64,000 bases of DNA from Bacillota bacterium (GTDB lineage: Bacteria > Bacillota > JAAYKD01): positions 1,696,001 to 1,760,000 of the forward strand of contig OY762825.2 of NCBI GenBank assembly GCA_963666425.2, written 5' to 3'. The notes below the pieces were generated by a model, which searched no databases, was not told where the DNA came from, and saw only the letters and a list, made by a program, of their open reading frames with translations. The position numbers and the translations under genes are program-made. Of the stretch, positions 49,434 to 59,270 are shown piece by piece (position 1 is the stretch's first letter; the number at the start of each line of letters is the position of its first letter).

Positions 49434-52349
49434 TTAGAAGAATTTTTCAGCGCCTTCACCCAGTGCTACAAAGTGGTCGATTTTACCCACTTTGACAGGA
49501 TTGGCTTTGATGTTGTCCAGTTCTTCATAAAGATCGGAGCCGAGGAAGTATTTTTTAGGTGTGATCTGGCCGCCGGCGGCTAAGAGATCGAGACCGGCCT
49601 TGACTTTGGCCGGCAAAGCGGGCATTTCATAAATGCGCACCCCACAGGCGTTATAGATGGCGTTCAGGACGGCAACATGGCCGGCAGATTGATAAGCCTC
49701 GGATGCGCCGGAAGAGCCGAACGGTCCGACTTCATCGGGACGTTCGTAATGGATGACATTGATCTCATCCGGAATGTCTTTGATATATGGCACGCCGCTG
49801 GTCAGGTGGTTGGTGTGCTTTTTCACATCATCGTAATTTTCGCTTAAGGCAAAACCGATCGAATGAGAAATGCCGCCGTAAGCCTGGCCGTTGACTGCAT
49901 CGATATTACCGATTTTACCAACGTCATCGACGACTGTGAAACGCAGAACGGTCGTCTTGCCGGTGGCGGTATCCACTTCTACTTCCGCCAGGTTCAAGCA
50001 GTAAGTATAGGCTGGATTGGGATCACCGATGCCGGTATTGGGATCGAGACGGCAGAGACCGGCAACGCTTGTATTGGAATAAGTGCCTTCATATTTGGTG
50101 GGAATGCCTTCCGCAATCATTTCTTCGTAGGTGCGGTAAGTGCCGTCCGGTTTGGTCATGGCTTTGATCAGTTTTTCTGCCGCGATCCGGGTCGCATTGC
50201 CGCTCATGAAGTGCGTGCGGCTGGCGCCGGACATGCCGCTGTCGGGGCACTCTTTGGTATCATTCTGAATCAAACGGATTTGATCCGGTTTGACGCCCAG
50301 CGGTTTCAGAGATTCCAGGGTCAGCATCAGGGAGCCGATATCGCCGCCCTGACCCAATTCCTGATAGGTATCATATTTATAGAACATTTGATTCGGCGCG
50401 ATTTCAATGGCAGCGGAGGCTTTGTCGGTACCGCCTTCGGTCACATTGAAACCACCCCAGGCCAAACCAACGCCGCGGCGTTTGGCCGCCGTGCTGGCAG
50501 CTTTGGCTTGCGCCACCGCTGTATCGTAGTAAGGCTTCATCATTTTCATAATGGCTTCCATCGGATATTGCCGATAGGGATAACTGTTGGTATTGGTCTG
50601 ACCTTCCCGGGCAATGTTGCGCCAGCGGAATTCAAAAGGATCAATCCCGGCTTTGGCAGCCAGCATATCCATCATCGCTTCGGAATGCGTGTAGGCCTGG
50701 GGAGAACCATAACCGCGGTAAGCGGTGCCAAAATTATGATTGGTGTTGGCAATCCGCGCCAATCCGGCCACATTGGGCACATAGTAGGGGAAATAAGCGA
50801 AACGTGGCAGTTTGGTCATCAAATCATCGCCGCCCCAGGAGTAAGCGCCATGATCGATGCCGTAATCGAATTCGGCAGCCGTGATTTTACCGTTGCTGTC
50901 GCAGGCAAGACGGCCGTTGGAGTAAGCCGGGCAACGTTTGCCGCTGAAATGCTGATGTTCTTCATAAGTCATGGAGAGTGCAACCGGCATTTTCGTCACC
51001 ACAGCGGCAGCGCCGGCTAGGACCAGATCACCCGCATTGGTGGACCAGCCAAAAGAAGCGCCGGTCGGGTTCATAATCACCCGCATTTTCGCCTTCGGCA
51101 CGCCTAGAGAATTACCGATGCGGCCGAGAGAAGAATAAACACCCTGGGATTTGCACTGGAAAGTCAGGTTGTCTTCTTCATCAAAGTAGGCTTGAATGGT
51201 ATCGCCTTCCACGGAAAGATGAGGTTCGCGGGTGGAATAGTAACTGCCTTCTACGCTGTAGGCCGCATGATCAATCAGGTCGGCTACTTTGCCGGCATCT
51301 TCCAGGCCAACCCCTTTGAGTACGGGCTGCATGGCGAATATATTCGGTGTGTCCTGATGAATCCGCATGGCATCCGGCATGACGGCATCGAGATAGCTTA
51401 AATACTCCGGTAATTTTTCCAATTCAACCTTTACTTTGGCAGCGGCGGCACGGGCATGATCTTTGGTATCGGCTACAACCAACGCTACAACATCGCCATA
51501 GCGATAAATTTTATCTTCACACAAAACTTTGCGGCTGGGTACCATAACGGTGGTGCGCTCATGGAACTGACCTTCCGCCATGATATTGGAACCGCCGGCG
51601 GCTTTTAACTCTTTGGCTGTGATGACTTTAACGACGCCGGGCATTTGCTCAGCTGCATCAAAATCTATTTTTAAGATTTTAGCGTGATGCGCCAAACGCG
51701 GTTGGACCATCACGGCATGCAGACTTTCTGCCGGCATCTTTAACTCCTGATCATCGCCGTAATCAGCCAGACCACAGACTTTTGCCAAGGCAGTGGGGCG
51801 TACCAGGGGTTTGCCGTAATATTCATTATCGGTAGGCAATTGGAAGGTAATCTCTTCGATGGTAGCCTCACCGCGCATCACTGTGGCAGCCGCGATAACG
51901 GCATCCACCAGTTGCTTATAACCGGTGCAGCGGCAGACGTTGCGATGTTGTTGGAACCAATCGCGCACCTCTTCCCGGCTGGGATTGCAGTTTTTCAATA
52001 ATAAAGCATAAGAGGAGACAATAAAGCCCGGGGTGCAGAAACCGCATTGTACCGCGCCGCAATTCATCCAGGCAACCTGCAGGGGATGCAGATGCGTGGG
52101 GGTACCGATTCCTTCAATGGTGATGACTTTGCTGTATTCTTTGATCGTCTTGATTTTGCGGACACAGGAACGAATCAGTTCACCGTCCAGAACAACCGAG
52201 CAGGAACCGCAGACACCGGTACCACAGCCGACTTTTACGCCGGTGAGACCAATTCTGCGCAGAATATCAGCAAGAGAATCTTTTTCCGGATCGCAAAGGA
52301 ACATCCGATTTGCGCCGTTGATATTCAGCCACATCTTACGTAACTTCAT
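49434..52349 (-). CDS. molybdopterin-dependent aldehyde oxidoreductase (xanthine oxidase family, Desulfovibrio Mop type, no FAD domain)
   Basis: [2Fe-2S] motifs GCGTGVCGSC and QCGFC...CRCTGY; AYRGYG; GASRT; catalytic Glu in SGASE. Confidence 0.9.
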   Translation of the reverse strand: MKLRKMWLNINGANRMFLCDPEKDSLADILRRIGLTGVKVGCGTGVCGSCSVVLDGELIRSCVRKIKTIKEYSKVITIEGIGTPTHLHPLQVAWMNCGAVQCGFCTPGFIVSSYALLLKNCNPSREEVRDWFQQHRNVCRCTGYKQLVDAVIAAATVMRGEATIEEITFQLPTDNEYYGKPLVRPTALAKVCGLADYGDDQELKMPAESLHAVMVQPRLAHHAKILKIDFDAAEQMPGVVKVITAKELKAAGGSNIMAEGQFHERTTVMVPSRKVLCEDKIYRYGDVVALVVADTKDHARAAAAKVKVELEKLPEYLSYLDAVMPDAMRIHQDTPNIFAMQPVLKGVGLEDAGKVADLIDHAAYSVEGSYYSTREPHLSVEGDTIQAYFDEEDNLTFQCKSQGVYSSLGRIGNSLGVPKAKMRVIMNPTGASFGWSTNAGDLVLAGAAAVVTKMPVALSMTYEEHQHFSGKRCPAYSNGRLACDSNGKITAAEFDYGIDHGAYSWGGDDLMTKLPRFAYFPYYVPNVAGLARIANTNHNFGTAYRGYGSPQAYTHSEAMMDMLAAKAGIDPFEFRWRNIAREGQTNTNSYPYRQYPMEAIMKMMKPYYDTAVAQAKAASTAAKRRGVGLAWGGFNVTEGGTDKASAAIEIAPNQMFYKYDTYQELGQGGDIGSLMLTLESLKPLGVKPDQIRLIQNDTKECPDSGMSGASRTHFMSGNATRIAAEKLIKAMTKPDGTYRTYEEMIAEGIPTKYEGTYSNTSVAGLCRLDPNTGIGDPNPAYTYCLNLAEVEVDTATGKTTVLRFTVVDDVGKIGNIDAVNGQAYGGISHSIGFALSENYDDVKKHTNHLTSGVPYIKDIPDEINVIHYERPDEVGPFGSSGASEAYQSAGHVAVLNAIYNACGVRIYEMPALPAKVKAGLDLLAAGGQITPKKYFLGSDLYEELDNIKANPVKVGKIDHFVALGEGAEKFF

Positions 52350-52491
52350 TTTTTTACCTCCATAATTTGATTTTTAAAAGAAGAACCCAAGTTAATTTCA
52401 TTCTATTTCGGCAGGATGTTTGTGTCTACCGTAAAAATCGTTAAAGGCTTGACTGAAAATTGGGTCTTAGGGGGAAAATGTGATGAATCTG

Positions 52492-53202
52492 TTATTCTCT
52501 GCTGCCAGGCGGCTGGAGCGTGCCCGGTAGGTGTGATGGCTGTGAATTGCTGAGGTTGTCATCGATGACAATGCCTAAGAAACGCGCCAGTTCGACTGCC
52601 TGGAAAGAAGTCACAATGGCTCCCTGTAACTCCGGACCAGCCAGTTTTACGCCGGACAATTGACAGCTGCGCAAATCGAGCCCTTTTAATGAAGTGTGCA
52701 GCAGCTCACAGCTCGTGAGATTGCAATGCTGAAACTGCAGTGATTTCCAGGAGCAATCACTGATGGAGGCGTTTGCCAATTCACAATGGCTGAACAGCAG
52801 CGTTTGGATGCCGCCTTCTGTGAAATTGGCATATTCCCCATTGACTTCCTGCATCAAAACGTGCCGCCAAAGGCTGGCGGTCAAATCGGTGCCCAGCAAT
52901 TTGCAATTGCGGAATTCCACCCGTTCAAAACGGCATTCCGGCCAACGCGCATTGGAAAAATCACAATTTTCAAAAATGACATTCAGGAAAGATGCTTTTC
53001 GTAACGAGGCAGCAGAAAAATTACATTTTTTAAAATGACAGCCTTGCACATTCACATGCTGAAAGAGGTTTTTCGGCCAGTCTTCCTGAATGAAGAAAGA
53101 ATCCGTCAGAGCTTCTTCACTGAGACAAGCTTTAGTCAGAGCTTCTGTCAAAGGCAGCAGCGCAGGCAGCTCCGGCAGCAGAATCGGCTTCAGCAAACGC
53201 AT
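52492..53202 (-). CDS. pentapeptide repeat protein
   Basis: Tandem [A/C]x[F/L]xx pentapeptides; AGGAGG RBS. Confidence 0.85.
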   Translation of the reverse strand: MRLLKPILLPELPALLPLTEALTKACLSEEALTDSFFIQEDWPKNLFQHVNVQGCHFKKCNFSAASLRKASFLNVIFENCDFSNARWPECRFERVEFRNCKLLGTDLTASLWRHVLMQEVNGEYANFTEGGIQTLLFSHCELANASISDCSWKSLQFQHCNLTSCELLHTSLKGLDLRSCQLSGVKLAGPELQGAIVTSFQAVELARFLGIVIDDNLSNSQPSHLPGTLQPPGSRE

Positions 53203-53249
53203 AGAATGACCTCCTGGTGTATTAGAATGATGAGAGAGGATGAATCGGT

Positions 53250-53744
53250 TTGGAAATAAGGAAAGTGACAGAACGCACAGAAAAAATGGAGATTGCAGCC
53301 AAGATCCTTCAGCAACTGCCGGATTGGTTTGGTATTCCGGAAGCGACGGCAAATTATGTCAAGCAATGTGCTGTTTTGGATTTCTGGGTTGCGCGGGACG
53401 AAGAGAAACCGGTTGGTTTCATTGCCTTAAAACGACATTTCCCTGCCGCTGCCGAGCTTACGGTGCTGGGAATTCTGCCGGAATATCATCGGCAGGGACT
53501 GGGACGTCAGTTGCTGGCAGCCGTGGAAAACCACTGCCGTAGAGAAGGGATCTGTTTTTTACAGGTGAAAACGCTGGATCCGCTGAAAGAAAATGCCTGT
53601 TACGACAAAACGCGCAGCTTTTATTTGGCGATGGGTTTCACTCCATTGGAAACCTTTCCGACTCTTTGGGATGCAGCAAATCCTTGTCTGCAAATGATCA
53701 AAGTACTGGATCAGACAAAGCCTGCAGCTGAAAGGGAAAGATAA
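53250..53744 (+). CDS. GNAT acetyltransferase
   Basis: LPDWFG, HRQGLGRQL, FYLAMGF. Confidence 0.85.
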   Translation: MEIRKVTERTEKMEIAAKILQQLPDWFGIPEATANYVKQCAVLDFWVARDEEKPVGFIALKRHFPAAAELTVLGILPEYHRQGLGRQLLAAVENHCRREGICFLQVKTLDPLKENACYDKTRSFYLAMGFTPLETFPTLWDAANPCLQMIKVLDQTKPAAERER

Positions 53745-53880
53745 TACCTTCTCTTAATTATACGTTGGATGGCTGCGCTGAAGACAGATCAATTATAGCA
53801 TAGATCATCATGAAAACAAGGAATTTGCTTTTTTGGCAGACTTACGATTCGGTTAAAAAGAACCTGAAAGGGATGGCTAT

Positions 53881-54660
53881 ATGAAAATCAACAAAATCAA
53901 TTTGATTTATTTCAGTCCGACTCAGACCACAAAAAAAGTCCTGCAGGCGTTTGCCCAGTCGTTCTCCGCAAATATCTCTGTTTATGATCTGACACTCTCA
54001 CTGCAAACAGCCCAGTTGCCTTGTTTTGCAGCAGACGAGTTGCTTGTGGTCGGCACGCCTGTCTATGGCGGACGGATTCCTGCCGTGGCAGAAGCATGTT
54101 ATCAGAAGATCAGGAGTCTCGGTGCTCCGGCAGTGGCGATTGCCGTTTACGGTAATCGCGCTTATGACGATGCCTTATTGGAATTGACGGATGCTTTGAT
54201 CTTGGGAGGCTGCCAAGTGATCGGCGCTGCCGCTTTCGTTGGCGAGCATTCTTTCAGTGCTGCCTTGGCTGCGGGACGTCCGAACGCAGAAGATTTGAAC
54301 TTGGCAAGGCAATTCGGTCGGTTGATTTCGGCAAAGTTGGCAGCCGATAGTCTGGTATCGGTCGCAGTTCCCGGCAATCGTCCTTACAAGGCGCGCGGCA
54401 GTGCCGCTGCGGTTTGGGGGCCCTCTACCAAAGCGACTTGTACGCATTGCAACTTATGTGTTGAGCATTGTCCGATGGCAATCATCAATCCAGAAGATGC
54501 TGCATCAATCAGGGAGCCGACCCGTTGTCTGCATTGCGGCAGCTGCGTGAAAATCTGTCCGGTGCAGGCTAAATTTTTCGAGGGAGAACCATTCGAAAAG
54601 TCCATGGCATTTTTACAAAAGGTTTGTGCTGAGCGTAAAGAGCCGGAGCTTTTTGTTTAA
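53881..54660 (+). CDS. EFR1-type flavodoxin-ferredoxin fusion
   Basis: YFSPTQTT, PVYGGRIP, YGNRAYDD, two CxxCxxCxxxCP motifs. Confidence 0.85.
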   Translation: MKINKINLIYFSPTQTTKKVLQAFAQSFSANISVYDLTLSLQTAQLPCFAADELLVVGTPVYGGRIPAVAEACYQKIRSLGAPAVAIAVYGNRAYDDALLELTDALILGGCQVIGAAAFVGEHSFSAALAAGRPNAEDLNLARQFGRLISAKLAADSLVSVAVPGNRPYKARGSAAAVWGPSTKATCTHCNLCVEHCPMAIINPEDAASIREPTRCLHCGSCVKICPVQAKFFEGEPFEKSMAFLQKVCAERKEPELFV

Positions 54661-54748
54661 TAGTCAAACGAAAAATAGAAAATCCTCCTTACAAGGTTCA
54701 CTTGTGCGGGGGATTTTTTGTAGTGATGTAAAATGGGTGTTCAGACGG

Positions 54749-55732
54749 TCAGCGGTTCGAATCCTGCGATTTTTGCTGCGTGCAGGTTTGACCAATCCAC
54801 TTTTGTAATTCGGAAAAAATGAAAGGTAAAATCTGCGGATAGGTCATGATCTCAGGTAAGGTTGAAAACGATTTGACCTCAGCCATCTCGAATTCCGAAG
54901 GCAGTTCTCCAAGCGTTTCCACGTTGGCATAAAATACCTGACCATAGGAAAACTCGGTTGACCGATGAACAGCATAGTCAAATGCGGGGTAAATGGAGAA
55001 TTTTTCTGCGCCTGTTTCTTCTTGAAGTTCGCGCTTGGCGCAGTCTATTGGCGTTTCGTCTTTTTCAATATGACCACCGGCAGTCTCCCAGGAATCACGG
55101 TTTTTGTGACGGGCAAACAGCCACATGCCTCTGTATCGAGCAAATATAACAGTGAAGCGGTAGGTTTTTAGTTCGCCAAGCGGATAGGTGACGATCCGCC
55201 AAGGCTGATCAGGTTTTGTGTAAAAGCGTTCAGCAACACCGACTGCCGTCGCATGGGGATCGTTTGTGCCATCGATAGGAATAAGAGGACACGGATACGC
55301 GAATGCCCGTTGTTTGAGTTGAGCAATATCGCGAGCGGCAGCAAATTCTCTAAATTTCCGCTGTTGTTCATACAGATCACCTCCCTCGTGTACTCTGTTG
55401 CCCCAGCGCTGATCCTCCCGATTTTCTATACGCTTCAGGCGAAGGTCAGTAGGTGCTGTAAGAAATAGCGCGAGATCGAACATCGTTAGAAATTCTTTAC
55501 CCCAACCAGAAAGATCACCGGATACCACGAAGGAACCGTGCCTGTTCATATCAGCGAGCAGCATTCTAGAACGCTCTTCCCGTGGACGGACAGCGGCATA
55601 TGGTGGATCGGATTGATAGAACCAATAATCCTCTACATCGAGATGGGCAAAATGAAGCACACGGGCAAGCTCACGTCCCAGTGTAGACTTTCCGCTGCCA
55701 TTTGCGCCAAGTAAAATTATTCCATGTGGCAT
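54749..55732 (-). CDS. P-loop kinase (AAA_18-like)-NUDIX fusion
   Basis: GANGSGKST N-terminal domain; Nudix box GGHIEKDETPIDCAKRELQEETGA; GGAGG RBS. Confidence 0.82.
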   Translation of the reverse strand: MPHGIILLGANGSGKSTLGRELARVLHFAHLDVEDYWFYQSDPPYAAVRPREERSRMLLADMNRHGSFVVSGDLSGWGKEFLTMFDLALFLTAPTDLRLKRIENREDQRWGNRVHEGGDLYEQQRKFREFAAARDIAQLKQRAFAYPCPLIPIDGTNDPHATAVGVAERFYTKPDQPWRIVTYPLGELKTYRFTVIFARYRGMWLFARHKNRDSWETAGGHIEKDETPIDCAKRELQEETGAEKFSIYPAFDYAVHRSTEFSYGQVFYANVETLGELPSEFEMAEVKSFSTLPEIMTYPQILPFIFSELQKWIGQTCTQQKSQDSNR

Positions 55733-55752
55733 ACGAAACCTCCATTTTATTT

Positions 55753-56517
55753 TTATAGTAGGTTTTTCTCGAGCCATTGCGCTACGCCGTCTTCATCGCA
55801 GTCACCGCAGATGTCATTAGCTGCGGCTTTCACTTCGTCGATGGCGTTCGACATCGCAATACGATGCCCACAGTACGATAGCATCTCAATATCACTGTAA
55901 TCATCACCAAACGCAGCGAATTCACTGCTTGTCAGATGGAGAGCGCGTTGCACTGCCTTGAGTGCGTTCAGTTTGCTTGCTTCGCGGTGAACCATTGTCA
56001 CTGAATTCGTATCGGAATAACTTACCGCCCTAATTTCGGGGTAATCTTCGGTAATTATGCTTGCGATTTTGCCGAGATTACCATCGAGATACAGTACATC
56101 ATCCGGCACACCATTTTGAAAATCAGTGATCCTGGTGGATTGCTTGCCAAGACTCCAATGACCATCGGCGTATGCGCTGGAGAGATAGTAGGCATTTTCG
56201 GTTGAAACGCATCTGACTAAGCTGAATTGCGGCAGCAAGGCATTGGCTGTATGCATCGGAATTAGTTGCTTGTAGATATCCTCGCCATCGAGCCGAGCCA
56301 AGGCGCCATTGTCGGAGATGATCACGTCCGGTGTAATGGCAAACAAAGGCGTTAGGTGCTCTGTCACAAAACGATAATCCCGCGCTGTGGCAAACGCCAG
56401 CAAGATGCCGCGCCTGCGGACGCGCCGCAATACATCCACAGTGTAGTCACTGATTGTTTTATCACGCCGCAGCAGTGTATTGTCAAGGTCGGTGACGATG
56501 AGTTTGATCTTGTTCAT
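55753..56517 (-). CDS. Cof-type HAD hydrolase
   Basis: DLDNTLL, ATAR, SK, FGDDYSD, MSNA. Confidence 0.9.
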   Translation of the reverse strand: MNKIKLIVTDLDNTLLRRDKTISDYTVDVLRRVRRRGILLAFATARDYRFVTEHLTPLFAITPDVIISDNGALARLDGEDIYKQLIPMHTANALLPQFSLVRCVSTENAYYLSSAYADGHWSLGKQSTRITDFQNGVPDDVLYLDGNLGKIASIITEDYPEIRAVSYSDTNSVTMVHREASKLNALKAVQRALHLTSSEFAAFGDDYSDIEMLSYCGHRIAMSNAIDEVKAAANDICGDCDEDGVAQWLEKNLL

Positions 56518-56882
56518 GCTGACATCTCCTGTTTACAAAAAATCTATTACCTTCCATGTTCCGTGGCGTATCAGTACTCCATCCGTCAGGTGACTACACA
56601 GAATACAACCCTGTGGGTTCTCTGCATGGGTATGATCAAACAGTGTGCCGTATACTGCCATGTGTCCATGACACACCAGGTTTAGCGCTTAACCCACCGA
56701 GCAGGACATCTGCATCATACAATAAGCTTTTTCATAAAACGTATCTTTGAACGTTAGCAGAAAACTATAAAGTGTTTACAATTAAAATAAAATATGATAA
56801 AATAGAACAAAATAAAATATTAAACCATTATAACAGAAGCCAGCGGATTTAAATATTAATCTTGTAAGGAGGAATTGACGGA

Positions 56883-57776
56883 ATGAAAGAAATCGGCAAA
56901 AAGATCGGCTCTGCCATCTGGGGTTATTTTTTTATCATCATTCTTGTTGAGGGAGTTTTCTCGTGGTTCGCCAAGATCTGGAATATACCATTTTTGGCAG
57001 AACTGGCATATCTCCTACCGCAGTTGGCAGCAAGTTTCTGGTTATATCGCAAAATGAAGCAAGAAAAAATAATAATTTCCGTAAGCAACGATTCCCGTAT
57101 TACGATCAAGCTGTTTTATGGATTTCTTTTGCTTTTTTTAAGCAATGTATTTTTCAGTTCGCTTGCCGCAACCATCATTCAGAACATATTGGGTCGTTTC
57201 AATTATACTTTCAATTTTGATCTCATAGATTACAGTGCTGCAACAAACTCGCCTCTGCAGATGCTCACGATTATTTTTTTGGCGCCGATCACAGAAGAAT
57301 TACTTTTCCGCGGCATCATCCTGCAGAAGTTGAAGCAGTTTGGCCCGCTGTATGCTGTTGCCATAACCACACTCCTCTTCGCTCTGGTTCACGGCAATAT
57401 TGTTTCTTTCTTTGGGGTTTTTTTCTCCAGCTTGCTTTATGGCTGGGCGGCTCTGAAATATTCAATCGTGTGGCCGATTCTGCTTCATATGGCCAATAAC
57501 GCTTTTGCTTTATTATTTCAAGCTCTGCCGGATACCCATATTTTCCACCAAATCGAATATTTTGTGGCCTTTTTAGGCTTGTTGTTGATTCTAATCTTAT
57601 CTTATCTCATGATCAAAAATCGCAATACCATCCGACATTTTTTCAGGAGTAATCAAGTGGAACGCAGCATGTATTGGCAATTGTTTGCCAGTAAGCGCAT
57701 GATTGGTTTGATTGTGCTTTTTATTATGACAAATCTATTGTTTATTCAGGCAATCCTACCGGGAGCTCCCTCCTGA
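56883..57776 (+). CDS. CPBP/Abi intramembrane glutamic protease
   Basis: EELLFRG, FALVH, HMANN. Confidence 0.88.
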   Translation: MKEIGKKIGSAIWGYFFIIILVEGVFSWFAKIWNIPFLAELAYLLPQLAASFWLYRKMKQEKIIISVSNDSRITIKLFYGFLLLFLSNVFFSSLAATIIQNILGRFNYTFNFDLIDYSAATNSPLQMLTIIFLAPITEELLFRGIILQKLKQFGPLYAVAITTLLFALVHGNIVSFFGVFFSSLLYGWAALKYSIVWPILLHMANNAFALLFQALPDTHIFHQIEYFVAFLGLLLILILSYLMIKNRNTIRHFFRSNQVERSMYWQLFASKRMIGLIVLFIMTNLLFIQAILPGAPS

Positions 57777-57932
57777 TTGTCAAAAACAAGATCACCCTAT
57801 GTGCAGCAAAATCTCAGCTTCGAAGTAACTTTACTGGAAGTCTAGTCCTCGTTTGAGACAAAACAACAGCGCTGTGTTACGATGAAAATTCCTTCATCCG
57901 CATCCAGCGCTGTTTTTTTGACATAGAATGAT

Positions 57933-59270
57933 TTAAAAGGTCGTGTTGCCGGTAAATGTGAAGCCATTCACCTTCATCGCCGGCAGCAGAGAGATGAAGC
58001 TGCTCCACCAGTCGCGCGTCAGGCGAACTTCACGGCCCAAAGCTTCCACATTGGAGAAAGTACGAATCATACTTTCGGTATAACGCAGATTTTTTAAGCG
58101 AGCGACAATTTCACCGTTTTCTATCAGGAAGGTACCATCCCGTGTGGTTCCGGTACCGACAACCTGCATCGGTTCCGGGCAATGGGTATAGTGAAAACGA
58201 GTCATGTAGACGCCGTGTTTGGTGCTGCGGATCATTTCTTCCTCGCTGGAATTGCCCGGCAGCAGGATCATGTGGCTGGGTGCATCGCCGCGTTCTCCGG
58301 CATGACCGCTGCTGCCGCAGCCGGCGCGGCCACCGGAAGTGTTGTCGTAGACGACGCCTTTAGCGATTCCCTTTTCGATGATGCTGACCCGTGTTTTCGG
58401 CATGCCTTCTGCATCGAAGGGCATAGGCAGCGCCATGGGATGAAAAGCATCATCGTAAACGGTAATATTATCGCCAAAAACTTTCTCGCCAATCCGGCCG
58501 GTCATAAAAGAGCGTCCGTCCAGAAAAGCGGTGCCGCCCCAGGCAATCATGGCCGGGAAGCGAATCAGATCCGCTACCGCTGTAGCGGCAAAGACGGTGT
58601 CGTATTCACCCGGAGTCAGCACCAGACTGGCCTGACCGGTGCGCAGCAACGCTTTATGGGCCGCTTCCTCTGCCAGCTTCTTGTGATCGAGAGCGGATGC
58701 ATTCAGAACGATCTGATCGGCATAACCGGTCATCAGTCCGTTGTTCATGATGATGCGCAGTAGGATATAATTGCCGCTGTGATAGACCATCACCCCGTTG
58801 GAATTGGCGACTGCCAGGGTACTCAGCGTGTTGTAATAGGAACCGCAGGCGGTCAAGCTGCGTTGTTTTGCAATGTCGATGATTTCTGCAGCAATGGCGG
58901 CACGGTCGGCAGGCGTTTGTTTCAGGGTATCGGCATAGATGGCTGCCATTTCCCGGACCGGCTGAGCTGCCGGCATGGGAGTGAGAGCGGGATTGGCCTG
59001 CACAAAATGAGCATTATGCAGGGCTTGCTTGACGCCTGCCTGCAGGGAAGCATCGTCCAGCGCACTGACAATGGCGGTACCGATTCGTTTTTGCTGCACG
59101 ACCTTGATGGTAACCGAGTGCGTCAGGCGCTGCAGGTTTTGATGGATCCAGTTTTCATTAAAACGGGTGAGATTCAAATCTTCGCTTTTCAGGGTGACTT
59201 GAGTTTCGTCCGCCGTTGAGGCAGCTAAGACAGTCTTCAGGATGTGCTCGGCATCTTCACGGTAAATCAT
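57933..59270 (-). CDS. tldE: TldE/PmbA family protein
   Basis: TRFNENWIHQN, PFDAEG, GTTRDG; lacks the HExxxH motif. Confidence 0.8.
   Translation of the reverse strand: MIYREDAEHILKTVLAASTADETQVTLKSEDLNLTRFNENWIHQNLQRLTHSVTIKVVQQKRIGTAIVSALDDASLQAGVKQALHNAHFVQANPALTPMPAAQPVREMAAIYADTLKQTPADRAAIAAEIIDIAKQRSLTACGSYYNTLSTLAVANSNGVMVYHSGNYILLRIIMNNGLMTGYADQIVLNASALDHKKLAEEAAHKALLRTGQASLVLTPGEYDTVFAATAVADLIRFPAMIAWGGTAFLDGRSFMTGRIGEKVFGDNITVYDDAFHPMALPMPFDAEGMPKTRVSIIEKGIAKGVVYDNTSGGRAGCGSSGHAGERGDAPSHMILLPGNSSEEEMIRSTKHGVYMTRFHYTHCPEPMQVVGTGTTRDGTFLIENGEIVARLKNLRYTESMIRTFSNVEALGREVRLTRDWWSSFISLLPAMKVNGFTFTGNTTF

Noticed and set aside
49863-51020. 385-aa plus-strand ORF, and similar long antisense ORFs (e.g. 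30454-31107, 58182-58763)
   Set aside because: Shadow frames opposite well-supported genes, with no motifs
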